From NCBI GenBank assembly GCA_963827275.1, contig CAWHAA010000002.1:128001-192000 (forward strand): DNA of 64,000 nucleotides, written 5' to 3'. The position numbers were made by a program, and so were the translations under genes. The notes below the pieces were generated by a model. The model did not search any database. It saw only the letters and a program-made list of their open reading frames with translations, and was not told the DNA's origin. Of this stretch, positions 22,770-32,617 are shown in pieces. The first letter of the stretch is position 1, and each line of letters opens with the position of its first letter. The DNA is from an uncultured Spirochaetota bacterium (lineage in GTDB: Bacteria > Spirochaetota > UBA4802 > UBA5550).

Positions 22770-23931
22770 ATATCACCCTGACCATTACAACTTCCTTGAT
22801 GTTCCTGATCTGCGTGACCGTGGGGTCATCGATTTCCGAATCGATATCGATGATATTATACGCGTAATCGCCCTTGCTCTTGTTCAGCATGTTCGCGATG
22901 TTTATCTTTCTACCGGCAAGCACCTGGGTGATCTGTCCGATGATTGCGGGAATGTTTTTGTTCGCGATGACGATCCGCCGTTTCGCCGACAGTGCCATGG
23001 AACAGTCGGGGAAATTGACCGAATTCCTGATGTTCCCCTTCTCGAGATATTCGCGGAGCTGGTCAATAGCCATCTCCGCGCAGTTTTCTTCCGATTCGGG
23101 TGTTGAAGCGCCCAGATGCGGGATGGGGATCACCCCGTCAATCTGGAGCAGTTCATCATCGGGAAAGTCAGTCACGTAGGATGCCACGGTGCCTGCTTTC
23201 AGCGCCGCCGTGAGGTCGGCGTTATTGACAAGGCCGCCGCGCGCGAAATTTATAATGCGTACGCCTTTTTTCATGAGGGCGAACCGGTCCTTGTTCAGCA
23301 TCCCCTTGGTCCTGTCATCCAGTGGCGCGTGCAGCGTGATATAGTCGGATTCAGCTACCAGGGTATCAAGGCTGATTGCCCTCTTCACCGAGCGGGAAAG
23401 CACCCAGGCCGTCTCAACAGAGATGAACGGATCATAACCGGTCACCTCCATGCCCAGGGAGAGGGCATCGTTTGCGACAATGACCCCGACCGCGCCGAGG
23501 CCGATGACGCCGAGTTTTTTCCCCTTGATCTCGGGTCCGGTATAGTCGGATTTTCCCTTTTCAATGAGCTTGGGGACTTCATCTCCCTTTCCCGCCAGGC
23601 TTTTGACCCAGGCGATGGCCTCGTAAACCTTCCGTGACCCCATGAGGAGGCCAAGGATCACGAGCTCCTTAACGGCATTGGCGTTTGCCCCGGGCGTGTT
23701 GAATACGACGACTCCTCTTTTTGAACAGGCATCAACCGGGATATTGTTGATGCCCGCACCGGCGCGGGCTATCGCGAGAAGCGACCGGGGGAGTTCCATG
23801 GTGAGCATGTCGGCGCTCCGCACCAGTATTGCGTCGGGATTCATGATATCGCTGGCATGTTCATACAGGTCCGCCGGAAAGCGGCTGAGGCCCTCTGGGG
23901 ATATCCTGTTCAATTTTTGTATTTTGAACAT
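22768..23931 (-). CDS. serA: D-3-phosphoglycerate dehydrogenase with ACT domain
   Basis: ARAGAG, NTPGANANAV, GLGAVG, NFARG, PHLGAST, C-terminal ACT. Adjacent to serC. Confidence 0.9.
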   Translation of the reverse strand: MFKIQKLNRISPEGLSRFPADLYEHASDIMNPDAILVRSADMLTMELPRSLLAIARAGAGINNIPVDACSKRGVVVFNTPGANANAVKELVILGLLMGSRKVYEAIAWVKSLAGKGDEVPKLIEKGKSDYTGPEIKGKKLGVIGLGAVGVIVANDALSLGMEVTGYDPFISVETAWVLSRSVKRAISLDTLVAESDYITLHAPLDDRTKGMLNKDRFALMKKGVRIINFARGGLVNNADLTAALKAGTVASYVTDFPDDELLQIDGVIPIPHLGASTPESEENCAEMAIDQLREYLEKGNIRNSVNFPDCSMALSAKRRIVIANKNIPAIIGQITQVLAGRKINIANMLNKSKGDYAYNIIDIDSEIDDPTVTQIRNIKEVVMVRVI

Positions 23932-23940
23932 CTACACACC

Positions 23941-25023
23941 TTATCTGTTTGCCATCTCGAATTTTTTCATAAAGTCGATCAGTTTCCTGATCCCTTCGAT
24001 CGGCATGGCGTTGTAAATACTCGCCCGCATACCACCGACCGAGCGGTGGCCCTCAAGCTGCACGAATCCCGCTTTATTTGCTTCTTTTAAAAATTTGGCT
24101 TCAAGCTCCTTGGTTGTCGCGATGAACGGAACGTTCATAAGTGAACGGTCTTCCCTCGCTATCGGGCTCTTGAACATGGCGGAATTATCGATATGGTCAT
24201 AGAAGAGTTTCGCTTTTTCTTCGTTGATCTTCTGCATGCCCGGCACGCCGCCCAGCTCCCTGAGCCATTCGAATACCAGCTTCGCAATGTAGATGCCGTA
24301 GGTCGGGGGCGTATTGTAGAGGGACCTGTTTTCAACATGGGTCGTGTACTTGAGCATGAGCGGCGTGATCTCCATGGCATGCCCGACCAGGTCTTCCCTG
24401 ATAATGACGATGGTGAGGCCGGCGGGCCCGATGTTTTTCTGCGCGCCTGCGAATATAATCCCGAACCTCTTCACGTCGACAACTTCGGAGAGTATATTTG
24501 ACGACATGTCGGCAACCAGGGGCACGCTCCCGGTATCGGGATAGGTCGTAAACCTGGTGCCTTCGATAGTGTTGTTGGAGCAAATATGGAAATACTCGGC
24601 GTCCTTTGAAAACGTGCTGCTGTCAAGCTTCGGGATATAGGTGAAATTCCTGTCTTCGGAAGAGGCGACAATGTTCAAAGAGCCGTAGTGCCTGATCTCT
24701 TCTATCGCCCGTTTTGTCCAGGTCCCCGTGTGGACAATGTCGACCTTTTTGCTGCCCCTGAGGAGGTTCAGGGGGATCATGGAGAACTGGCTTGACGCGC
24801 CCCCCTGAAGAAACAGGACCTTGTAGTTGTCCGGTATGCCCATCAGCTCACGGAGCAATGCCTCGGCGGTCATGATAATATCGTCGAAGGCCTTGGAGCG
24901 GTGGCTCATCTCCATCACGGACATTCCGGAATCCCTGTATTCCACCAGTTCGCTCGCTGCTTTTTTTAGAACTGGTTCGGGAAGTACTGCCGGGCCGGCT
25001 GAGAAATTGTATACTCGTGTCAT
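23941..25023 (-). CDS. serC: Phosphoserine aminotransferase
   Basis: NFSAGPA, SHRS, DMSS, GAQKNIG, GHRSVGGMRASIYN. AAGGAG RBS. Confidence 0.96.
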   Translation of the reverse strand: MTRVYNFSAGPAVLPEPVLKKAASELVEYRDSGMSVMEMSHRSKAFDDIIMTAEALLRELMGIPDNYKVLFLQGGASSQFSMIPLNLLRGSKKVDIVHTGTWTKRAIEEIRHYGSLNIVASSEDRNFTYIPKLDSSTFSKDAEYFHICSNNTIEGTRFTTYPDTGSVPLVADMSSNILSEVVDVKRFGIIFAGAQKNIGPAGLTIVIIREDLVGHAMEITPLMLKYTTHVENRSLYNTPPTYGIYIAKLVFEWLRELGGVPGMQKINEEKAKLFYDHIDNSAMFKSPIAREDRSLMNVPFIATTKELEAKFLKEANKAGFVQLEGHRSVGGMRASIYNAMPIEGIRKLIDFMKKFEMANR

Positions 25024-25119
25024 GGGTATCTCCTTATAGCTTGTAATGACAGGCGGCTGTTGCGCGTGCCGCATCGATGCAATAGGTAACGGTGCCAGCA
25101 GTTCTGCTCTGACACACCG

Positions 25120-25776
25120 CTATCGTTCGCCGCGTGCGAGCAGTGACGACAGGTACCTGAATTCGGTTATGATGTCGATATTCCGTATGTACACCGAGGC
25201 GACCGGGGAGCTAAGGATTACCGGCGTAAAGTTGATGATCCCTTTTATGCCGCCCTGAACCAGGCGCTCGGTGATTTTTTTTATGTTCCGGTCCCGCTCT
25301 GTTACTACCGCCAGTTCGATCGCTTCTTTTTTTACAATCGATTCTATTTCGTATGTCGGGTATACCGGGATGGTTGATTGCATCGTCTCCAGCTTGTTTA
25401 TGTTTGAATCAAAGCCCGCGATAATCTTGAAGGATGGAAACGGCAGTGACTGGTAGTCAAGTATCACTGACCCGAGGGGGCCGAGCCCGATCAGGCATGC
25501 GTTCCGTTCCCTGGTAAAGCCCAGTGTCTCCTCGATGCTTTTTTTCAGTCCCTGTATATCGTACCCCGCGCCGCTGGTGCCGTTTTCTCCCAGGTACCCT
25601 ATGTCTTTTCGTATGCTGTGTGAACCGGCGCCAAGCCTGGTGCCGATGTCCCGGGATGATATGGATCGTTCGTCCTTTTCGCCTATCTCTTCAAGCAGGG
25701 TATATAAGGTACACAACCGCGATAATGCCGGTTGTGGAATATAGTTTTTTCCTTTATTGAGTTTATCAGTAATCAT
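25120..25776 (-). CDS. rex: Redox-sensing transcriptional repressor Rex
   Basis: IP...L.RL..Y, IRKD, G..G.GY winged helix, Rossmann GLGPLG, I.NFTP. Confidence 0.88.
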   Translation of the reverse strand: MITDKLNKGKNYIPQPALSRLCTLYTLLEEIGEKDERSISSRDIGTRLGAGSHSIRKDIGYLGENGTSGAGYDIQGLKKSIEETLGFTRERNACLIGLGPLGSVILDYQSLPFPSFKIIAGFDSNINKLETMQSTIPVYPTYEIESIVKKEAIELAVVTERDRNIKKITERLVQGGIKGIINFTPVILSSPVASVYIRNIDIITEFRYLSSLLARGER

Positions 25777-25784
25777 AAAAATCA

Positions 25785-25802
25785 CCGTGAAATAATTCAC
25801 AA
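25785..25802. promoter_or_regulatory. Rex operator 1
   Basis: CCGTGAAATAATTCACAA versus consensus TTGTGAA-N4-TTCACAA (2 mismatches), just upstream of the rex start. Confidence 0.75.
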
Positions 25803-25827
25803 TAATTGTCAAATAAATTTTGGTAGA

Positions 25828-25845
25828 TTGTGAAAAATTTCTCAA
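25828..25845. promoter_or_regulatory. Rex operator 2
   Basis: TTGTGAAAAATTTCTCAA (1 mismatch to consensus). Confidence 0.8.
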
Positions 25846-25943
25846 TTTTTTTGGTTGAAAATTATACCGGCTATAGATAAATGGTCTGTTAATACAATTT
25901 ATGATTACATTCTTATCATTATAAATTCTACCAGGATATAAAG

Positions 25944-27170
25944 ATGGCTCTACTACATGATTTTAGAGGCCTGCGTCCGAAAAAGGACCTGGTATCCCGG
26001 GTCTCAGTCCTGCCCTATGATGTGGTCAGTACCGATGAAGCCAGGAAAGCGGGCGGCAATAATCCATACAGCTTTTTTCATATATCGAAACCGGAGATAG
26101 ATTTTCCGGATACGATCGATAGCCATGATCCCCGGGTATTTGAACATGGAAAGGAATATCTGAGCAGAATGGTCAGGGACGGCGTCCTTGTCCAGGATGA
26201 AGCGCCCTGCCTGTATCTCTATACGCAGGTAATGGACGGCCGTGAGCAGACCGGACTGATCGCCTGCGTCAGCATCGATGATTACATAAACAAAGTAATA
26301 AAAAAACATGAGCTGACCAGGGAAGACAAGGAGCTCGAGCGGACAAGGCACACTGACGTTCTCAATGTGAACTCCGGGCAGGTTTTTCTTTTCTTCAGGG
26401 ATTCAGGGTCGAAGCGCCAGCTGTTCGAACAGGCGATGCGGATAGAACCTGAATATGATTTCAGGACCGGGGACGGGGTGCGGCAGGTCGTCCGGGTGAT
26501 CAGGGACAGGGCGATGATCGCGTCCTTCAAGGACGCCTTCAGGGACGATGTGCTGTATATTGCAGACGGGCATCACCGGGCAGCGTCGGCGGTCCGGGTG
26601 GGTATGGAGCGGCGAAAGGCGAACAGGGGGCATAACGGATCGGAAGAATACAATCGCTTCATGGCGGTGATTTTCCCCCACAGCCAGCTGAAAATTCTTG
26701 CCTACAATCGAATCATCCGCGACCTGAACGGGCTCACTGCCGATACGTTTATCAAAAAATTATCTGAAAATTTTAAAGTAGAAAAAACCGGGCTGACCGT
26801 ACCGGAGACAATCCACACGATATGCATGTATCTCGGGTCTGCCTGGTACCTGCTTGCGCCCCGCTTCGATCCGGGGGATGATCCCATCATCAGCCTCGAC
26901 GTGAAGATCTTTCAGGAATACGTGCTCGGGCCGGTCCTGGGTATCATGGACCCGCGGACTGATAAGCGGATAGACTTCATAGGCGGCACAAACAGCGTCG
27001 CAGAATTGAAGGAACGGGTTGATTCAGGGGAATTCACGGTCGCCTTTTCCCTCTACCCGACGACCCTTGAGCAACTGATGCGGGTATCTGACACCGACGG
27101 GATCATGCCGCCGAAATCGACGTGGTTTGAGCCTAAGCTTCAGAGCGGGCTTGTGGTGCATCTTTTGTGA
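25944..27170 (+). CDS. DUF1015 family protein
   Basis: PYDV, HELT, YIADGHHR, MPPKSTWFEPKL. Confidence 0.92.
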   Translation: MALLHDFRGLRPKKDLVSRVSVLPYDVVSTDEARKAGGNNPYSFFHISKPEIDFPDTIDSHDPRVFEHGKEYLSRMVRDGVLVQDEAPCLYLYTQVMDGREQTGLIACVSIDDYINKVIKKHELTREDKELERTRHTDVLNVNSGQVFLFFRDSGSKRQLFEQAMRIEPEYDFRTGDGVRQVVRVIRDRAMIASFKDAFRDDVLYIADGHHRAASAVRVGMERRKANRGHNGSEEYNRFMAVIFPHSQLKILAYNRIIRDLNGLTADTFIKKLSENFKVEKTGLTVPETIHTICMYLGSAWYLLAPRFDPGDDPIISLDVKIFQEYVLGPVLGIMDPRTDKRIDFIGGTNSVAELKERVDSGEFTVAFSLYPTTLEQLMRVSDTDGIMPPKSTWFEPKLQSGLVVHLL

Positions 27171-27230
27171 TGCCTGGTGCGGGAACATGCAGACAGCCGG
27201 TTCCCGGTTAAAAAAAGAAGGGGGGACGTT

Positions 27231-27380
27231 CTACTTTTTCTTGGGGCAGCCCACCACGGTATCCTTGTCCAGGACCCTGGGCTGGAGTTCATCGCCGTAT
27301 TTGCATAGAACGCAGTCCGCTCTTGTTTCGATGAAGAATGCACAGGTTGTGCATTCTTCCAGTTTCATTGGTTTTCTCAT
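27231..27380 (-). CDS. Small Cys-rich protein (49 aa; below the ORF-track cutoff)
   Basis: Manual translation: MRKPMKLEECTTCAFFIETRADCVLCKYGDELQPRVLDKDTVVGCPKKK. Confidence 0.6.
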   Translation of the reverse strand: MRKPMKLEECTTCAFFIETRADCVLCKYGDELQPRVLDKDTVVGCPKKK

Positions 27381-27509
27381 TTAAATACCACTATCTGTCC
27401 CGCAGAATTAATTTCTCGCTTTACGCTCCATGACGGGCGCTGTCGCTTTCATCATGGCGTTTGCAGATATGAAGATACTACAGAACGGCATGTACGAGTA
27501 AAGAAGAAA

Positions 27510-27776
27510 TTAAAGGCCGGCTGATTTTATGATGAAATTAATCAACTGCCTGGCCATGTACTTCCTGGTGGCATTGTCAGGGAGGCGGGTGATATAATCA
27601 GAGAGGAGATCGGTCATATGAACATCAATCACGGGAGCTGTTCGCGTGCTATCGGGTTCAATGCTTTCGAGAAGGGGCCCAGTCTCGGCAGGATGCCCGT
27701 ACCGGCTCGTTCTCCCGATCGGGGTTCCCGCCTGAAACAATGTATTTTGCGGCTGTTCCATAATATTCAGGATCAA
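27510..27776 (-). CDS. Hypothetical protein
   Basis: 88-aa ORF filling otherwise empty space, with a helical-looking C-terminus. Start uncertain. Confidence 0.4.
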   Translation of the reverse strand: MILNIMEQPQNTLFQAGTPIGRTSRYGHPAETGPLLESIEPDSTRTAPVIDVHMTDLLSDYITRLPDNATRKYMARQLINFIIKSAGL

Positions 27777-28191
27777 TTCCTGTTTATTAGCTCATTAATA
27801 TTTTCGATAGATTGTCATGTATCGATAATAGATTTTATTGGTTTGGCATGAGAAAAATTGATCCCGCCTGTCATCCGGTTATTGAATTGAAAAAAAAGGC
27901 AAAAAAATGATGATTTTTATGCATTTTTATAAATGCATTGACAATTTATATAATTGTAATCATTTTAAATTAGCAGTTTGCCGGGAAACAACAAACAGCT
28001 AAACGATATATGGAAGCATCGCCTTTTTTTGAGGCTTTAGCCGATAAAAATGTGAGGGTTTACGAATTCACTTCGTAAAACTGGCCCTGAAAAACTCCAT
28101 GGAGCGGGTTTTTCAGGAAACTGGTAGATTTTTTTTGTATATATAGTAACAGCTCGTATAAATTTGCGCCACAGTGTTGGGACAGTACACT

Positions 28192-29307
28192 ATGAGTAAA
28201 CCCGCATTCAATAAATGGATAATGATCCTCTCAATTTCGTCAGCACTCCTCGCCTGCCCGGGTCTGTTCTTGGGGACGGGGCATACTGAGATTTATGAAG
28301 GAACCGCGAATAATTACAATTATTACGCTGAAACGATAAATATAAAGAGCATTAATGGGAAACTCTACGCATATATTGTGCTGCTCTTCAACGAAAATCC
28401 GCATTTTGTGAACATGATCCAGAAGGACAGTATCCCGCTGAAGATAATGGGCAGCGATGGATTCCATATCAGGGAATACAAGAATTACCTCGCATCGATA
28501 CGGGACAAAAAGCTGAAGGGCCTCGCCAATCTCCTTCTTTCAATTTACCTTGAGGCGCGGAAATATGACCACAAGGCATTGCACGGTGTGGAGGAGCTCC
28601 TGACCGGCAGGGACATTATATTGAAATTTTCAAGGGATAAAAATGACTGGTCTGAAAAGATTTCCCTTGATTACTGCATATTCGGGAAGAAAAAAATCGT
28701 TGATATCAAGCACCCGTTTTTTGAGATCAGGGAGAACATTTTCAATATCCAGCCGTTTATATATTATGACGAGTTTTCCACGAGTAATTCGACGTTTTAC
28801 TTTGACATGATATACATAAACCCGGTCGAAGTCGATAATGACTACATCATTGCAAGAAAAATACTCAACGGTGAAAATGTCAGCTCCATGTTCTTCGTCG
28901 GGTCACAGATCACGGATGATATACGGTATTGCCTCTCGCGGGCGTTCAGGGATAAAAAGAACATCAAGATCGAGATATGGAAGATGTTCATTATTCATGA
29001 GCTGACGCACAAGGTGCTCAACAACAGGTACAATAACTTCGACCAGGTGCAGGGAGAGGAATTATCGCTGGGGAGCACCATGTATTATAACCCGCTGCTC
29101 GGGCTTTCAGTGCTCTACAGCTACCTGAACTACAATGCGATCAATCCGCACCGCGTGGCAGCCATGAACTACGTCAGGTTCATTTCAAAAAATACCGGCA
29201 AGGCCGCAATAATTGAAAATCCGGGGCTTATAAAATTTTTGCCGTCGGGCGAACTGCAGAGCCTGTCAAAAAAACATTTCATATCCAGCATTAAAAGCGT
29301 TAGATGA
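28192..29307 (+). CDS. Exported hypothetical protein with HExxH (putative zincin metallopeptidase)
   Basis: N-terminal hydrophobic segment, IIHELTHKV and a downstream GEELS. Confidence 0.6.
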   Translation: MSKPAFNKWIMILSISSALLACPGLFLGTGHTEIYEGTANNYNYYAETINIKSINGKLYAYIVLLFNENPHFVNMIQKDSIPLKIMGSDGFHIREYKNYLASIRDKKLKGLANLLLSIYLEARKYDHKALHGVEELLTGRDIILKFSRDKNDWSEKISLDYCIFGKKKIVDIKHPFFEIRENIFNIQPFIYYDEFSTSNSTFYFDMIYINPVEVDNDYIIARKILNGENVSSMFFVGSQITDDIRYCLSRAFRDKKNIKIEIWKMFIIHELTHKVLNNRYNNFDQVQGEELSLGSTMYYNPLLGLSVLYSYLNYNAINPHRVAAMNYVRFISKNTGKAAIIENPGLIKFLPSGELQSLSKKHFISSIKSVR

Positions 29308-30399
29308 TCAGAAGCTCAGCCGAATGGGCCGTTTTGCCTTCATGTCATGGTAGGATAACTGCGCGTCACCGGTGTATGCGTTGCAGGTAATGGTGTCAGG
29401 TATATTCAATTTTTTTTTCACGTAGAGTGTTGATTCGATAGCTTCCCATGCTTCTACCGTCTTTTCGCATGAAATGGCAAGGAGATTGTAGATCGATTCA
29501 TAGTGGTGCCCTGATTTCCCCGCCGGGTTTTCCCATTGTTCTCGGTTGAGATTAAGTATGTTCTTGTTGTATTTCCTGCCGATCGGGTAGCGGATTATGA
29601 AATCTGAATAGAAGAGGTTGCTTCTTCTGACGCCGAGCACCAGGTCCGCAATTCGCCTGTTCGTGCCCCGCTTGAGCCGGTATGTCATGAGAATGCAGTA
29701 CGGCAGGATGTCCAGTGCGCCGGGGAGGTGTGAATATTTTTTCAATGCATTCCTGGCAATCGGGAACAACAGCGTTTCGTAAATTTCGGGATACACCTCC
29801 TGCAACGGTTCCAGCACGATCGCTTTTACCGGCGCGTCCAGGTGATAGAGCCCCCGTCGTTTTTTCACCGGCAGCATCTCGTCGACGGAAAAGGGAAACA
29901 ATTCGGATCGTTCCGCGTGGTACTGCAGGTACGAATCAATATGATACTGGAAAAGAAGGTTTTGTTCACGGTAGAACCGTATCTCCTTCTTTGTGTATGC
30001 GCTCGGAAAGCCGGAGTAGTAAAAGACAAAGGGATGGAACAGCGAGTCCGCTATGATGTGCGAGATATACCCGTACAGGTATGCGCGCTGTATCGATGCC
30101 CACTCGTTGTTCTTGTCTTCATATCCGTGGAGTTTCCGAATCATGGCCTGGAGCAATTTGTTCGATCCGCCGTTATGAAGGAAAAAGGATATGTCGCTGC
30201 CATAATAGGCATTTTTGCTGCGCCGGGGCAGGTAGTCGAATATATTCGGGCCGATTGCCCCGAACAAGCCGGCGGTCAGGTGGTCCGGCGTGTTGAACAG
30301 GGCAGCTATGGAATTCAAGAGGTAGCTTTTTTTATCTTTTTGCGAAAGATAGCGCACCGCCTCTTTAAGAATCCTGCTGTGGGTTATTATGCCGGGCAT
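29308..30399 (-). CDS. Zinc-dependent phospholipase C/P1-nuclease family protein
   Basis: MPG..TH N-terminus, GAIGPN, H, GYISHIIADSLFHP. Confidence 0.78.
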   Translation of the reverse strand: MPGIITHSRILKEAVRYLSQKDKKSYLLNSIAALFNTPDHLTAGLFGAIGPNIFDYLPRRSKNAYYGSDISFFLHNGGSNKLLQAMIRKLHGYEDKNNEWASIQRAYLYGYISHIIADSLFHPFVFYYSGFPSAYTKKEIRFYREQNLLFQYHIDSYLQYHAERSELFPFSVDEMLPVKKRRGLYHLDAPVKAIVLEPLQEVYPEIYETLLFPIARNALKKYSHLPGALDILPYCILMTYRLKRGTNRRIADLVLGVRRSNLFYSDFIIRYPIGRKYNKNILNLNREQWENPAGKSGHHYESIYNLLAISCEKTVEAWEAIESTLYVKKKLNIPDTITCNAYTGDAQLSYHDMKAKRPIRLSF

Positions 30400-30441
30400 A
30401 ATGACGCAGCCCGCGTGACCGGAAACCAGGTCACGCGGGGC

Positions 30442-31275
30442 CTAGTTTTCAAGTTTTTTCTTGAAGGCGTCAATTTCCGCACGCCATTTTTTTGAATAGA
30501 ACACGCCCCAGATTTCCGGGGCCGCGAGCTTATATGCCGTGTCCAGATGTCGAAGCGCTTTTTCTTTGTTGTCATCCTCGGAAAGCGCTTCCGCTAAAAA
30601 CATGAAGTTCTGCGGGTGCTCGGGATACCCGGCAGCAGCTTTCTCGAGGAGCTCCAGCGCCTTGTCGAGGTCGCCAATACCGCTGGGCCATGCGGGGGCC
30701 TTGAGGTACATCATTCCCAGAACACGCAGCGGCCCACCGGATTCAAGCTGTTCGGCCTTCTGCGCGATTTTAAGCGCCTCGTGGACTTCCGGCAGCTTGT
30801 TGAGGGCAAAAAGGCCCTTTGACCTTAAAATCAGGCCCTGGTTCAAGGCAAAATAGAAGCATGCTTCCGGGTTCTTCTCGGTAATCCCGGCCGCGCGTGC
30901 CGCACTCACGCCGATCTCGGCGCTTTTTTTCATTTTATCCTCATCGGTGTCAAGGGCGTCGGCGACATAGAAGGCGGTCCGGGCAAGGAGAACGCCGGTA
31001 TTCTGTGTCTTCCGATCGAGCCCGAACGCCTGGGTCGCCAGGCGCATCGCGTAGACCTTCTGGCCGAAAGACGCCGACGGGATGCAGAGCTCGTTGACGA
31101 TGTGCGTCAATGCCTTCGCGTTGTTGATGATCGGCAGGGTGCGAATATCGGCACCGTACCAGTCCGCCTGGGGCTCTTCCTGCTCGCTTTTCGCCTGCTC
31201 GGTCTGGCGAAGCTCCTGGTGTATCGCGCAGCCGGACATAAGCAGAATGACGAAAAAACTACTGAGCGCTTTCAT
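30442..31275 (-). CDS. TPR lipoprotein, TatT/BstC-like
   Basis: Lipobox LMSG-C, all-helical, GGPLRVLGMMYLKAPAWPSGIGDLDKALELLEKA. Confidence 0.7.
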   Translation of the reverse strand: MKALSSFFVILLMSGCAIHQELRQTEQAKSEQEEPQADWYGADIRTLPIINNAKALTHIVNELCIPSASFGQKVYAMRLATQAFGLDRKTQNTGVLLARTAFYVADALDTDEDKMKKSAEIGVSAARAAGITEKNPEACFYFALNQGLILRSKGLFALNKLPEVHEALKIAQKAEQLESGGPLRVLGMMYLKAPAWPSGIGDLDKALELLEKAAAGYPEHPQNFMFLAEALSEDDNKEKALRHLDTAYKLAAPEIWGVFYSKKWRAEIDAFKKKLEN

Positions 31276-32122
31276 ATTTGCTGATTTCATTTGCCAGTGT
31301 CTCCGCCTCTAATTTATCAAAACCGTCGATGCCGAAATTCTTGCACGCGGCTTTCGTGTCCTGCTGGTTGCACATCCGTGTAACCGCGCCCACGATCCTG
31401 GGCTTTGCCGCGCTGTTGGTTTTTGTGGTGATCATCATCAATCCAAGCGCCGGCATCTGCGGTGATTTGTGAATGACCTCGATCTTTTTGAATATGTCGA
31501 GGTTCTTGAGGCTGCTGTACTGCATATGGTTCAGGAGCACGGCGTCATACTGGCCCGAATCAAGCTTGCGCACCGCCGAAAGGGGACGGTTGGAAGGCTG
31601 GAGTTTGAAATGCTTGGCTATGTCTATTTTTTTTTCAAAGATCAGGTTGTTGATGAACTTTTTATCTTCGTAGAGGACATTGCCTGCCAGTATCTTTCCC
31701 TTCAGCTGGGCCAGCGACTTGTAGCTGCCCTTTTTTACGATGAGATAATATTCTTCCCTGTCGTTGCCGTCGATATTGACCGCGGCGAGCGGCTCAAGGT
31801 TCATTGCCTTGCGATTGGCCAGGTAAAAACCGATTGATCCCATGATGTACGAGTTTTTGTTCTGCTGGATGCTGGTTTTTGCATCATCGATTTTGTTGAA
31901 ATATTTTCCCTGTATCGAATCTTTCTTCATCCCTGTCAGCTTGGTAAGCGATGACATGAACTGGGTGATGATCTTCTCGCCTTCGGCGCCGGTATCCGGC
32001 CCGCCGAGGAAGATAACGGCAAAGTTTATTTTTTCCGCGCAATGGACTGGTGTCAGCAGGGGCGCGAACAGGGCTCCCATCGCGAGCAGTAAGGCAACAG
32101 CGGCAATTCTCTTCGTGTTCAT
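31259..32122 (-). CDS. Periplasmic binding protein, PhnD/SsuA/transferrin fold (BstB-like)
   Basis: Signal peptide, YYLIVKK...SLAQLKGK, A...L.SGQYDAVLL, S..P. GGAG RBS. Overlaps the next gene. Confidence 0.72.
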   Translation of the reverse strand: MNTKRIAAVALLLAMGALFAPLLTPVHCAEKINFAVIFLGGPDTGAEGEKIITQFMSSLTKLTGMKKDSIQGKYFNKIDDAKTSIQQNKNSYIMGSIGFYLANRKAMNLEPLAAVNIDGNDREEYYLIVKKGSYKSLAQLKGKILAGNVLYEDKKFINNLIFEKKIDIAKHFKLQPSNRPLSAVRKLDSGQYDAVLLNHMQYSSLKNLDIFKKIEVIHKSPQMPALGLMMITTKTNSAAKPRIVGAVTRMCNQQDTKAACKNFGIDGFDKLEAETLANEISKYESAQ

Positions 32123-32617
32123 GTAATACTTCTCCTTGTATAATAATCAATTAGTTGGTGCAAGGTCTGCCAGCGTTATCAGGCAAGGCAGTAAAACCAT
32201 GGGATATAAATCTTTTATTATTTTTATATCGCATATATCTTGAAAAAGAGTAAGAATACTGCAATCTGACGGGTATTTAAGAATGAAAACGTTAATAATA
32301 TAAACATTTTCTTGATTAAATACATCTATGTCAATGAATTTTTTCATGACAATTAGACCCCGGTTAAGGCGTGAAAGTTCATCATAAATATTATATTTTT
32401 GCATTATCCCGCAAGCTTTTAAGGTGAGCGTATCCGTTTATGTTATGATAAATCATCGATTTATTCCCTTCCGTTTCATGGCACATCCGCATAAAAAAAT
32501 GCTTGCAGAGGAGGCATAATCTTTTTAGTAACTATAACAATCAGTTATATACGCGGCTTGTGGCCTGGTGCGCGGGTATTGTGCTGAAAATCTACTACGA
32601 TAAACACCGAGAGTATT

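Noticed and set aside
32147..32404. 85-aa ORF in the AT-rich divergent region
   Set aside because: No RBS or motif, and composition typical of promoter DNA.
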